Positions 1 through 9,713 are shown, counted from the stretch's first letter. The stretch: 32,691 nucleotides of DNA from an uncultured Oscillospiraceae bacterium (GCA_964646725.1 CAZYFX010000006.1:1-32691); one strand, 5' to 3'. Numbers and translations: made by a program. Notes: generated from the letters alone by a model not told the origin.

Positions 1-1
1 C

Positions 2-2539
2 ACCTATTCGCTGTTGTATGACGAAAACGGTCGGGAAACGGAGCTTGCCGCCGATGCTTCGGACAGCTTTGATGAGCTGTACATCGACGAATATCAGGAT
101 ATCAACCCGATACAGGATCGTATTTTTGCGGCACTGTCCCGCAAAACGCCCGAAAACGAGGAATGCGGACGCTTTTTGGTCGGGGATGCCAAGCAGAGTA
201 TTTACGGCTTTCGCGGAGCGCGGCCGGATATTTTTACGGGCTATCGTGCGGCGTTTTCGGATGTGTCGGAGAATGCGCCGCGCCGAAGGGTGTTCATGTC
301 GAACAATTTCCGTTGCGCGGAAAACGTGATCGATTTCACCAACGCGCTGTTTTCACGCTTGCTTCCCGATTACGATGAAAATGAGCGTTTAATCTTTTCG
401 CGTTCGGAAGAACGGCCGACCCGAGAACCGGTCGAAATACTGTTATGCGACACATCTTCGCTTGCGTCCCGATTGGCGGACGACCGCATGAGAGCCGAAG
501 CCGAGACGGTCTACAGAACATTGACCGAGTTGATCAACGACCCGGAGGCGGTCGGTTCGGACGGAAAGCATTTTACATTGTCCGACGTGGCGATTTTGAC
601 GGGAAAATGGGACGCGGCGCGCTTTTTGGAGCGGTATCTGTCCGAACGCGGTGTGCCGGTGGTGTGCGAAAAGGGCGAGAGCTTTTTTGAGCGTCGGGAA
701 ATACGCCTTGCGCTTGCTGTTTTGGAAGTGGCGGATAATCCGCAAAAGGATATTCCGCTTGCGGGGGTGCTTCGTTCGCCGATCGGGGGCTTTACGGACG
801 ATGAGCTGGTGAAGATACGCATGGTGTCTCCGCGCACGAGCTTTTACGAGGCGTTAAACGCCTATGCTTTATCGGAAAAGGCGGACGCGGCGCTTGCCGA
901 AAAAATCGGGCGTTTTTCGGAGTTGGTCGATTCGCTTCGCACCATGGCGCGCGGCGAGACGGCTTCGGGCTTTCTGCGGCGCATGTATGCCCATACCGAT
1001 TTGGCCGCCGTATGTGCCGCCGGGACGGATGATCTGTTCGGCACATTGTCCGCGTCGGCCAGACGGAAAAATCTGATGCTTTTGTATGAAAAGGCACGAG
1101 CCTTTGACAAGACGATGTTCCGCGGACTGTCGGCCTTTTTGGACTATATCGGCGAGCAGAAAAAGCGCGGCGATGTCAAGAGCTGTTCCGAAGCGGCGGG
1201 CGGTGTGCGCGTTATGACGGTACACAAATCCAAGGGATTGGAGTTTCCCGTTTGTTTTTTGTTCGGAGCAGACCGCAAAAAAAGTGCGCCGAGCACCAAG
1301 TATCTTATGAGCGACGCGGACGGCATTGCGTTTTCATTGGACGGCTACGCCAATGTTCGCTCGGTGTCGGGAAAGGACGGCTTTGTTCATGCCGACACGC
1401 CGTTTCGTCGTTTGCTCAAGGAAAATACGGCGCGGGAGGAAACCGAGGAATACAAGCGGCTTTTGTATGTGGCACTGACCCGCGCGAGAGACAGACTGTA
1501 TATCACCGCGTCCCCCGACGGGCTTGACGGGTTGCTCGAAAAAGCGGCCGAGGACGGGGGAGAGTCCCTTTTGTCGGGTGAAACCTTTTTGGATTGGATT
1601 CTCGGCTATGCCGCGTCCGAAAAGCCGTTCGAGGATGTTCTTTCCGCTTCGACCGAATCCGTCGAATTTCCGAATGCCGCAGGGCGCACGGTCTTTCGCA
1701 TACGGAAAATCGCGTGTACGGAAGGAGCGGAAGAAGCGGAGAAAGCCGAAATGATGGCGAAAACGGACAGTCCCGAGGAGGTCTTTGCACCGGATGAGGC
1801 ACTTTCGGAGCGCATTCGCACATCGATTCGACAGCATACCGAGCGTGTGTCGGCCTTTGCGGCCGTACCGCCGAAGCTTACGGTATCGCTTCTCAAGCAC
1901 GGTCTGATCGATTACGAGGACGCACTGCTTGCTTCGGAGGCCGAACGCAAGAAACGAACCGTTCCGCTGTTTGCCGATACGTCGGCCGATGCGGCCTCTC
2001 GGGGAACGGCCATGCACGTCTTTATGCAGTTTGCCGATTTTGAGCGCTGTGTGACGGATGGCTGTGGGGCACACGCCGAGACGCTTTGCGAGAAGGGTTT
2101 TCTGACGGTGGAACAGAAAAATCTGTTGGATACCGATAAGTTGGACGGCTTTTTCCGAACGGCTTTGTACGAAAAAATACGCAAGGCGGCGGCCGTCTAT
2201 CGCGAAATGCGCTTCAATCTCAAGATGAAGCCGGAGGAGGTTTTGAAGGGCGTTCCCAAAACCGACGATTTTGTGCTGGTGCAGGGCGTGATCGACTGCT
2301 TTATCGAAAACGCCGACGGCTCGTATTCGGTCATCGATTTCAAGACCGACCGCGTGGGAGAAAACGCGGAAGCGACGCTTGTCGAACGATATGCGGGGCA
2401 GTTAGGCTTATATTGTCGTGCGGTGCGCGAGATCACGGAGAAGCCGGTGTGCGAGGCGGTGATCTTTTCGTTCGATTCGATGAAAGAGATCGTCTTATCG
2501 GAGGAGGATATGCGGAATACCTTTGTGCAATCCGTATAA
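2..2539 (+). CDS. addA: ATP-dependent helicase/nuclease subunit A (AddAB), 5' end outside the window
   Basis: Frame is open from the window edge. UvrD/SF1A motifs: IDEYQD (II), GDAKQSIYGFRGA (III), NNFR (IV), MTVHKSKGLEFP (V), EYKRLLYVALTRAR (VI). C-terminal RecB-like nuclease motifs RGTAMH, QGVID, IDFKTD and Y..QL..Y. Confidence 0.93.
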   Translation, partial: TYSLLYDENGRETELAADASDSFDELYIDEYQDINPIQDRIFAALSRKTPENEECGRFLVGDAKQSIYGFRGARPDIFTGYRAAFSDVSENAPRRRVFMSNNFRCAENVIDFTNALFSRLLPDYDENERLIFSRSEERPTREPVEILLCDTSSLASRLADDRMRAEAETVYRTLTELINDPEAVGSDGKHFTLSDVAILTGKWDAARFLERYLSERGVPVVCEKGESFFERREIRLALAVLEVADNPQKDIPLAGVLRSPIGGFTDDELVKIRMVSPRTSFYEALNAYALSEKADAALAEKIGRFSELVDSLRTMARGETASGFLRRMYAHTDLAAVCAAGTDDLFGTLSASARRKNLMLLYEKARAFDKTMFRGLSAFLDYIGEQKKRGDVKSCSEAAGGVRVMTVHKSKGLEFPVCFLFGADRKKSAPSTKYLMSDADGIAFSLDGYANVRSVSGKDGFVHADTPFRRLLKENTAREETEEYKRLLYVALTRARDRLYITASPDGLDGLLEKAAEDGGESLLSGETFLDWILGYAASEKPFEDVLSASTESVEFPNAAGRTVFRIRKIACTEGAEEAEKAEMMAKTDSPEEVFAPDEALSERIRTSIRQHTERVSAFAAVPPKLTVSLLKHGLIDYEDALLASEAERKKRTVPLFADTSADAASRGTAMHVFMQFADFERCVTDGCGAHAETLCEKGFLTVEQKNLLDTDKLDGFFRTALYEKIRKAAAVYREMRFNLKMKPEEVLKGVPKTDDFVLVQGVIDCFIENADGSYSVIDFKTDRVGENAEATLVERYAGQLGLYCRAVREITEKPVCEAVIFSFDSMKEIVLSEEDMRNTFVQSV

Positions 2540-2572
2540 TTTCGTCTCGAAAATTTGTGAAGAAATACCATA

Positions 2573-2601
2573 TTTACAGGCGTTCGCTTTCATGTTATAC
2601 T
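2573..2601 (+). promoter_or_regulatory. sigmaA-type promoter with extended -10, upstream of the GH78 gene
   Basis: TTTACA (2573-2578), 17-bp spacer, TG at 2593-2594, TATACT (2596-2601); RBS AAAGGAGA at 2644-2651 before ATG 2660. Confidence 0.75.
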
Positions 2602-2625
2602 TATAGGGAAGCGAACGCTTTTTTT
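2578..2625 (+). terminator. Probable intrinsic terminator for addA (or an operator inverted repeat) overlapping the GH78 promoter
   Basis: Perfect 10-bp inverted repeat GCGTTCGCTT (2580-2589) / AAGCGAACGC (2609-2618), extendable by G-U pairs, followed by T7 (2619-2625). Confidence 0.6.
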
Positions 2626-2659
2626 ATCACAAAACGATCAGTCAAAGGAGAATCCGATC

Positions 2660-5020
2660 ATGTTTTCATCTCAATTTATAAAGGCGACCGAAGCGTATGC
2701 GACCTATGAAAAGCCCGTTCATGCGCCGTATGTACGCAAAACCTTCACGTTGGACGCGCGTCCCGAAAAAGCAATCGTGACCTTGACCAGCACCGGCTTT
2801 TACCGACTTTGGGTCAACGGAACCGAGCTTACCAACAGTCGGCTGGCACCCGGCATCACCAATCCCGACAGCATGCTGTTTTACGACACCTACGACGTTT
2901 CGACTTACTTAACCGAGGGCAAGAACTGCTTCGCCCTTTTACTCGGCAACGGCATGTCAAACTGCATGGGCGGCTTTGTCTGGGATTTCGACAAGGCGTT
3001 GTTCCGCTCGGCACCCAAGCTGGCACTTGCGTTCGAAGCCGACGGCAAGACCGTTTTCGAAGCGGACGAAAGCTTTGTATGCGCGCCTTCGCCGATTTAT
3101 TTCGATGATCTGCGAAGCGGCGAATTTTACGACGCAACGCTCGAAAAGGACGGCTGGACGCTTCCCGATTTTGACGACGGTGACTGGTGCGCCGCTCTGC
3201 ACACGGAGCCGGCTCGCGGAAAAGCCGTGTGTAACGATACCGACCCGATCGTGGTGACCAAGGAGCTGAAGCCGCTCAAAATCTATCCGGGACGTGCCGT
3301 GTTGCTGGATAAAAAATACAAATACAAAAATGCCGCCGTTCTTTCCGAAACGGCCTTCTATCGGGCGGACGAAGAGGAATCGGGCTATGTTTTCGAATTT
3401 GCCGAAAACACTGCCTGCGTTCCGCGTTTAAAGATTCGCGGACGTAAGGGGCAGAGGATCATTCTCCAGGCATCGGAGTACTGCTCTCCGGCGGGGGTGA
3501 TCAGCTATGAGGCCATTGAAAGCTTTTATCCGTGGGGCTTCTGCCAGCGGGATATCTATGTGTGCAAAGGCGAGGGCGTGGAGGAATACATTCCGTCGTT
3601 CACCTATCACGGCGCACGGTATTTTCTGGTCATCGGTGCGGACAAGGAGCAGATTACGGATGAAACGGTGACCATGCTTGTCCAGAACAGCGCACTTGCC
3701 GAACGCGGAAACTTTTCCTGCTCCGACCCGACTGCCAATGCGTTGCAAAACGCCGCGCGTGCTTCCGACCTTGCCAATTTCGTTTATTTCCCGACCGACT
3801 GCCCGCACCGCGAGAAGAACGGCTGGACGGGCGATGCGGCTATGAGTGCCGAACATATGATTCAGAATTTGGCAGTTGAGCGCAGCTGGAAGCAGTGGTT
3901 AAAGATGATCTGCGCCGAACAGCGTGAGGACGGCGCGATACCCGGTATCGTTCCGACGGCAGGCTGGGGTTACGCCTGGGGCAACGGCCCGGTGTGGGAT
4001 CAGGTGTTGGTGGAGCTTCCGTATCAGGCGTACATCTATCGCGGCGATTTGGAGCTGTTCCGCACGACCGCGACAGCCGTCATGCGCTATTTAAACTACG
4101 TGTCGGGACGGCGTTCGGAGGACGGAGCGATTCGCATCGGGTTGGGTGACTGGTGTCACGCGCTTCGCTACGGCGGATCGAATCATGTGTGCCCCCTGGA
4201 GGTATCGGATACGATCACGGTCATCGGTATGTGCCGCAAGGCAAGCTTTTTGTTCGACAAATGCGGCATGAGGGTGCAAAGTCTGTTTGCCGAAACACTC
4301 GGAAACGAGCTTCTTGCCGTGGTGCGCGAACGCTTCATCGATTACGATACCATGACCGTGCGCGGCGCTTGTCAGGCTGCGCAGGCGATGGGCTTGTACT
4401 ATGACATTTTCGAGCGCGGCGAACGCGCGGCGGCGTACAGCCGTCTGTTGGAGCTTGTTCACGAAGCGGACGATCATTTCGACTGCGGCATGGTCGGTGT
4501 GCGTGTGCTGTTCCGCACACTTGCCGCACACGGTGACGCAGAGCTTGCGTATAAACTGATCACGCGCGAAAGCGCACCGTCCTATGCCGTTATGATTGAC
4601 TGCGGCATGGTGACGTTGGCCGAGACGTTTATGCACCATTACAACGGCGGAAATCTCACGTCGCTCAACCATCACTTTATGGGGGATATATCGGGCTTCT
4701 TTATCCGTCACATCGCCGGTATCGCGGTCAATCCGAATCGGGACGATGCGGCCTATGTTCGCGTTACGCCCGGCTTTGTCGCACAGCTTGACGGTGCAAA
4801 GGCGTATTACGATACGGTCGCGGGTCGCGTGAGCGTATCTTGGCAGCGTAAGGATGGCGAGATCGAGCTTACCGTCGAAACGGCCGAGGGCGTACACGGC
4901 GAGGTGAGCTTGCCGAAGGGCTATGCGTTCGTGCGCAAGACTGGAACGTCGGATGAGGAGATGGTCGGACGTCGCCTGTGGGCGCTCGAAAACGCGGTGT
5001 ACACGGTTAAGAAAATTTAA
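2660..5020 (+). CDS. Alpha-L-rhamnosidase, glycoside hydrolase family 78
   Basis: GH78 motifs GFYRLWVNG, PTDCPHREKNGWTGD, LGDW, TLAE, SLNH and a C-terminal G.VSVSW strand; strong RBS; no obvious signal peptide. Confidence 0.9.
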   Translation: MFSSQFIKATEAYATYEKPVHAPYVRKTFTLDARPEKAIVTLTSTGFYRLWVNGTELTNSRLAPGITNPDSMLFYDTYDVSTYLTEGKNCFALLLGNGMSNCMGGFVWDFDKALFRSAPKLALAFEADGKTVFEADESFVCAPSPIYFDDLRSGEFYDATLEKDGWTLPDFDDGDWCAALHTEPARGKAVCNDTDPIVVTKELKPLKIYPGRAVLLDKKYKYKNAAVLSETAFYRADEEESGYVFEFAENTACVPRLKIRGRKGQRIILQASEYCSPAGVISYEAIESFYPWGFCQRDIYVCKGEGVEEYIPSFTYHGARYFLVIGADKEQITDETVTMLVQNSALAERGNFSCSDPTANALQNAARASDLANFVYFPTDCPHREKNGWTGDAAMSAEHMIQNLAVERSWKQWLKMICAEQREDGAIPGIVPTAGWGYAWGNGPVWDQVLVELPYQAYIYRGDLELFRTTATAVMRYLNYVSGRRSEDGAIRIGLGDWCHALRYGGSNHVCPLEVSDTITVIGMCRKASFLFDKCGMRVQSLFAETLGNELLAVVRERFIDYDTMTVRGACQAAQAMGLYYDIFERGERAAAYSRLLELVHEADDHFDCGMVGVRVLFRTLAAHGDAELAYKLITRESAPSYAVMIDCGMVTLAETFMHHYNGGNLTSLNHHFMGDISGFFIRHIAGIAVNPNRDDAAYVRVTPGFVAQLDGAKAYYDTVAGRVSVSWQRKDGEIELTVETAEGVHGEVSLPKGYAFVRKTGTSDEEMVGRRLWALENAVYTVKKI

Positions 5021-5024
5021 GCGG

Positions 5025-5066
5025 AAAAAAAACAGGGTTGGCGCAAATCGGTTTTTGCGTCAACCC
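5025..5066. terminator. Intrinsic terminator between convergent genes, probably bidirectional
   Basis: Stem GGGTTGGCGCAAA (5035-5047) / TTTGCGTCAACCC (5054-5066). The A8 run at 5025-5032 gives a U-tract for the minus-strand transcript, and the plus side is T-rich after 5069. Confidence 0.75.
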
Positions 5067-5071
5067 CGTAT

Positions 5072-6217
5072 TTATTTTTGCAGCAGTTTTTCCAATAGGA
5101 TCGTCACGCCGAACTGCTTACGCATCGCTTCGATCTGCTCCTCCGCACGACTTCGGCGATATCGGTCGGCCGACGGTCTTTTTTTCACGCCGCGGATCAT
5201 CAGATTTTTGGGAGAATTGTCGAAACTCACAAATTCCACCATATCTACCGCATAGCCCTCACATTCGAGCAGCTTTCCGCGCAAGGCATCGGTCGCGAGC
5301 GCCGCAAAGCGCTCCTTGACTAAGCCGTAGTCCGTAAAAATCGACAGCTCGTCCGTGTGCATCATGCCGTAGGCTTCCTTTTGACAGCAGGGAACCGAAA
5401 AAATATACTTCGCTCCGCTGTGAACGGCAAAGGCCAACGCATGGTCGGTCGCGGTGTCGCAGGCATGAAGCGTGATGACCATATCCACGCCCTTTTCCGG
5501 CTTGTAGTCCTTGACGTCCATGCAAAGAAATTCCAACCCGTCATAGCCGTATGTTTCGGCAAGAGACGCGCATTCCGCTATGACCTCGCGCTTGAGGTCA
5601 AGACCGGTGATGTGCGCTTTTTTGTGCAGAATTTCCGTGATATAGTAGTACACCACAAAGGTAAGATACGATTTTCCGCATCCGAAATCGACAATGTGCA
5701 GTTCGTCCTTTGTTTCGTTCTTCAGCACATCGTTCAACAGCTCGGCAAACCGACAGATCTGACGATATTTGTCGTATTTGGCGCGAAGCACCTTTCCGTC
5801 GCTTCCGGTCACTCCGAGTTTTTCAAACACCGGCGGCAGGTTTTCCGCGTCGATGATATAGTTTTTTTGACGGTCGTGAGGGATCGGCTGAGCGCGCAAT
5901 GTCGTATTGGGGGTTCGGTTGGTCAACAGCTTGCCTTTTTTGGAAAGCTTGGCATCGTAGAAGTAGCGGTCGGTCACAAAATGCGCCTGACGGTAGCGTG
6001 ACGGAAACCAGTCCGCAAGACGAGCTGACAGTGCATCTGTGTCGAAGTTTTCCTGGAATGCCTGCGTGTCGGTAAAATGCTCCGCTTGCCAACGGCCGTT
6101 TGATAGCGGGCGAAGGACTGTCCTGCGGTAGGGGCTGTCCGCACAGGGCGAAGAAAAGGTGACTTTGGTCAATGTTAAGCTTGCCATATCACGCAAATAG
6201 CTTTCTGCTTCGGTCAT
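5072..6217 (-). CDS. Class I SAM-dependent methyltransferase (Methyltransf_32-like), substrate unknown
   Basis: IVDFGCGKSYLTF SAM-binding motif, GLD, LHACDTATD and VPCC motifs; RBS AAGGAGAG upstream. Confidence 0.85.
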   Translation of the reverse strand: MTEAESYLRDMASLTLTKVTFSSPCADSPYRRTVLRPLSNGRWQAEHFTDTQAFQENFDTDALSARLADWFPSRYRQAHFVTDRYFYDAKLSKKGKLLTNRTPNTTLRAQPIPHDRQKNYIIDAENLPPVFEKLGVTGSDGKVLRAKYDKYRQICRFAELLNDVLKNETKDELHIVDFGCGKSYLTFVVYYYITEILHKKAHITGLDLKREVIAECASLAETYGYDGLEFLCMDVKDYKPEKGVDMVITLHACDTATDHALAFAVHSGAKYIFSVPCCQKEAYGMMHTDELSIFTDYGLVKERFAALATDALRGKLLECEGYAVDMVEFVSFDNSPKNLMIRGVKKRPSADRYRRSRAEEQIEAMRKQFGVTILLEKLLQK

Positions 6218-6241
6218 GTCGCTCTCCTTTTCATTACCGCT

Positions 6242-7504
6242 TTAAAGGCTTGTCGGACGTTCCTTTTTCAACACGTCCAAAGCTGCCTTGAAGGCGTGTG
6301 TGGCGGTCAATGTGCGGATGTAGGCACGCTCCGATCCTTTGTGTCCGCCCAAAAGCAGCTTGTGAACTTCGGTGCCCGAATCGGATGCAACGCCCATGTA
6401 CACAAGTCCCACCGGCTTTTCGGCTGTTCCGCCGTCGGGTCCCGCAATGCCGGTGACGGATACGGCAATATCCGCGCCGGATATCCGACGTGCCCCCTCT
6501 GCCATTTCCTTTGCCGTTTCGGGACTGACCGCCCCGTGGGCCGCAAGCGTTTGTTCCGACACACCGATGAGACGTGCTTTGGCTTCGTTTGCATACGTTA
6601 CAAAACCGTAGCCGAACACCTCGCTGGCACCCGGCACATCGGTGAGCCGCTTGGCGATCAGGCCGCCCGTGCAGGATTCGGCGAAAGAGACGGTTTTATG
6701 TGCCTTGGCAAGCTCCTTGACCAGAACCCATTCGATGGACGGAACATCTACGCCGTACACCGCGTCACCCAAGACGGCGGTGATTTTTTCGACAATCGGT
6801 ACGTTGAGCTTTTGCGCTTCGTTTCGGTTGCTTGCCCGCGCCGTTATGCGTAGCCTGACCTCGCCGTCGTTGACGTAGGGTGCGACGGTCGGATTTTCCG
6901 CGTTCTTCATTAAGTCGCATAAGGCGGTTTCGACGGATGATTCGCCCATGCCGAAAATGTGAACGTTGGAGGATACCAACACATGGTCGCTGTACGATGC
7001 AAGGTAGGGGAGCACTTCGTTTTCAAGCATCGGCTGCATCTCGCGCGGCGGCCCCGGGAGGAGAATCACGGTTCGTGTTCCGTCCGAAACGGAGAGTCCG
7101 TCGGCCGTTCCGTGACGGTTTTCGAAAATGTGCGCTCCCTCGGGAATGAGTGCCTGCTTGCGGTTGTTCGGAGTCATGATACGTCCGCGTGCGGCAAAAT
7201 ATTCTTCTAAGCGCTTTATGATTTCGGGATGCTCGACAAGCGCCAGGCCGAACAGCTCGGCCGTCACTTCCTTGGTAATGTCGTCGTAGGTCGGCCCTAA
7301 GCCGCCGGTGACAAACACAAGCTCGCTCCGAGAGAGCGCAAGCTTCAGTGCGTCGGTCAAACGTGTGCGGTTATCGCCGCATACCGCGTGATGGTAAACG
7401 TTGAACCCGGCCTCCGACAGCTTTTTTCCGAGAAAGGCGGCGTTTGTGTTGACCACGTCGCCTAAGAGCACCTCCGTGCCCACACATAGAATTTCCGCGT
7501 TCAT
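6242..7504 (-). CDS. cinA: Competence/damage-inducible protein A (molybdopterin-binding-like domain plus PncC NMN deamidase)
   Basis: AEILCVGTEVLLG, TGGLGPTYDD, LPGPPREM, AESCTGG and TGIAGPDGG motifs; ATGA overlap with thiI. Confidence 0.95.
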   Translation of the reverse strand: MNAEILCVGTEVLLGDVVNTNAAFLGKKLSEAGFNVYHHAVCGDNRTRLTDALKLALSRSELVFVTGGLGPTYDDITKEVTAELFGLALVEHPEIIKRLEEYFAARGRIMTPNNRKQALIPEGAHIFENRHGTADGLSVSDGTRTVILLPGPPREMQPMLENEVLPYLASYSDHVLVSSNVHIFGMGESSVETALCDLMKNAENPTVAPYVNDGEVRLRITARASNRNEAQKLNVPIVEKITAVLGDAVYGVDVPSIEWVLVKELAKAHKTVSFAESCTGGLIAKRLTDVPGASEVFGYGFVTYANEAKARLIGVSEQTLAAHGAVSPETAKEMAEGARRISGADIAVSVTGIAGPDGGTAEKPVGLVYMGVASDSGTEVHKLLLGGHKGSERAYIRTLTATHAFKAALDVLKKERPTSL

Positions 7505-8700
7505 GCTAAAGGAAGCACCACTCTTTCCATGTTTTCAAATGCGCGGTCGCACAGACCCTCTACGTCCAACTTTTCTTCTTCCTTTAAAACCTTTTCCAAA
7601 ATCGGATTGGTCACGGGGTGACGTGGGGTAAAGACGGTACAGCAGTCCTCATATGGCTGAATGGAAATTTCGAAGGTATCAATCTTGCGTGCCGTTCGTA
7701 TGATTTCCTCCTTGTCGAGCGCGATGAGCGGACGTAAGATCGGAAGCGTTTCGACGGCGTTTCCCGTCACGGTCAAGGCCGGCATGGTTTGGCTGGCCAC
7801 CTGCCCGAGACTTTCGCCGGTGATGAGAGCCCCCGCACCGAGTTTTTGGGCGGTGCGTTCGGCAAGACGCATCATAAAGCGGCGTAACAGAAGGGTGAAA
7901 TAGTCCTCGCGACAGTTTTCCTTGATGGTTTCCTGAATTTCGGTTAAGGAAATCACATGCATTTGGATTTCACCGCAGGTGTCCTCCATTTTGCTTGCCA
8001 GTTCCATGACCTTTTCTCGTGCGCGTTCGCTGGTGTAGGGGAAGCTGTCAAAATGGAGTGCTTCCAACCGCACACCGCGTTTGGCACACATGTAGCCTGC
8101 CACCGGACTGTCGATGCCGCCGGACAGAAGAAGCACGGCTTTTCCGGCACTTCCGGCCGGCATACCGCCCGCCCCCGGCAGAAAGCCTGCGTGAATGTAC
8201 GCGGCATAATCGCGAATTTCAACGCGCACGTCAAGGTCGGGCGTATTGACGTCCACACGAAGCTCGGGATTTTCCTCTAAAATTTTTCCGCCGCACAGGG
8301 CCGCAAGCTCCGGCGAGGTCAGCGGAAAACGTTTGTCCGAGCGCTTGCCCGTCACCTTGAAGGTTTTAGCGGCACCCTTGACACGCTTTACATAGCCGCC
8401 GATAAAGTCGAGAATTGCGTCGGTATCCTTGGGAAGCTCTTCGGCAACACAGACCGACACCACGCCGAATATTTTGGCGCAGGAGGCGGCGGTCTCTTCG
8501 ATATCCGCAAGTGCTTTTTCGTCGAGCGGCGTAATGTACATGGTGGACTGGGCGGAATTTAACGCATAGTTTCCGCATTTTTTCAAGCGCTTTTCGGCGT
8601 CGCGCTCCAAGATCTTTTCAAAGTAGCGACGGTTGAGTCCTTTTAAAACAACTTCGCCGTATTTGAGAAGGATCACTCGTTTCTGCTTGTCATTCATCAT
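7501..8700 (-). CDS. thiI: tRNA 4-thiouridine(8) synthase, short form without a rhodanese domain
   Basis: KYGEVVLKGLNR, THUMP region, PP-loop LLSGGIDSPVA, TGESLGQVASQT, PYEDCC. Start is 8700 or 8697. Confidence 0.95.
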   Translation of the reverse strand: MMNDKQKRVILLKYGEVVLKGLNRRYFEKILERDAEKRLKKCGNYALNSAQSTMYITPLDEKALADIEETAASCAKIFGVVSVCVAEELPKDTDAILDFIGGYVKRVKGAAKTFKVTGKRSDKRFPLTSPELAALCGGKILEENPELRVDVNTPDLDVRVEIRDYAAYIHAGFLPGAGGMPAGSAGKAVLLLSGGIDSPVAGYMCAKRGVRLEALHFDSFPYTSERAREKVMELASKMEDTCGEIQMHVISLTEIQETIKENCREDYFTLLLRRFMMRLAERTAQKLGAGALITGESLGQVASQTMPALTVTGNAVETLPILRPLIALDKEEIIRTARKIDTFEISIQPYEDCCTVFTPRHPVTNPILEKVLKEEEKLDVEGLCDRAFENMERVVLPLA

Positions 8701-9211
8701 CGGTATCTCCTGTTGCGGCGCGTTTTTTCGCGTCGTTGATTTTTTTGTTGATATGGGCAGCGAATGCGTCGTTCGGCTCGAATTTCAGGCGGGCGACACG
8801 TCCGTTGAAGTTGAAAAAGTAATAGGCATAGCTCTCCGAAAAAATGTTTTTGCAATAATTGAGCGAAATGGCGTATTTGGGGAGTAAGGCCTTATGCTTT
8901 TCGAGGTACGACATACCGAGCACACCGGTCAGCGATTCTTCCAAGGCCATGGAGCAGATGCAGGTCGTTTTCGTTCCGACGATTTTGTGTATCTTCAGGT
9001 CGTTGTCCGTGACCTCGTATACATAGTCGCACTGGACAAATTTCAAATAGATCTGTATGCCGATCAGCGCGAGTACCAAACCGCTAAGCTGGTACAAAAC
9101 GACCGCCTGCGATGCGGCTCCGGAAAAGAGAAAGAAGCAAACCGAGGCGACAAGGCTGATGACGGCCAAAATCGAAGCGCGTCGGTCGGTGGGAGCGGGT
9201 CTGTAGGTCAT
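8690..9211 (-). CDS. Hypothetical membrane protein with two N-terminal TM helices (DUF6106-like)
   Basis: RBS GGAGG; two hydrophobic helices, then DYVYEV...LKIHKI and a C-terminal FEPN motif, recalled as DUF6106-like and not verified; overlaps the thiI start. Confidence 0.7.
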   Translation of the reverse strand: MTYRPAPTDRRASILAVISLVASVCFFLFSGAASQAVVLYQLSGLVLALIGIQIYLKFVQCDYVYEVTDNDLKIHKIVGTKTTCICSMALEESLTGVLGMSYLEKHKALLPKYAISLNYCKNIFSESYAYYFFNFNGRVARLKFEPNDAFAAHINKKINDAKKRAATGDTDDE

Positions 9212-9227
9212 AAATGCGAACCTCCGT

Positions 9228-9713
9228 TTAAGCGTGTAAATGCTCGAAGCTTGCGCTGTCGGGCGTCAGGGTAATCAGGCCGTAGGAACCGAGTGAGCCG
9301 TCGCGCGGTTCGGAAAGACTGCCGGGGTTAAAGAAAGTGATGCCGTTTTTTTTGTAATACGCACTGATGTGGGTGTGTCCGAACAGCGCGATGTCCGCGC
9401 CCTGCTTTCGCGCCTCAAAGTCGAGGAGTGAATCCGACACGCGAATATCGAATTTATGTCCGTGCGTGAAAAACAGCTTGTGCCCTTCGAGCGACACGGT
9501 GTCGCTTACGGGCGTGCGTGCGCTTACAAACAGATCACAGTTTCCGGCCACGCCGAGAAACGCGATTTCCGGGAAATCGTCGCGAATACTCTGCCAATCG
9601 TCTCCGCAGTCGCCCAAATGAATTACCAAATCGGTCTGCCGTTTTTTTGCGGTGATAATCCGCGCCATTTTTTCCGTTTTTCGATGCGTATCGGAGAACA
9701 CAAGAATTTTCAT
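9228..9713 (-). CDS. Metallophosphoesterase, YfcE/MJ0936 family
   Basis: Start reassigned to ATG 9713 (MKILVFSDTH, RBS AAGAAGGGA). Motifs DTH, HLGD, GNCD, THGH, FGHTH, NPGS. Confidence 0.92.
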   Translation of the reverse strand: MKILVFSDTHRKTEKMARIITAKKRQTDLVIHLGDCGDDWQSIRDDFPEIAFLGVAGNCDLFVSARTPVSDTVSLEGHKLFFTHGHKFDIRVSDSLLDFEARKQGADIALFGHTHISAYYKKNGITFFNPGSLSEPRDGSLGSYGLITLTPDSASFEHLHA

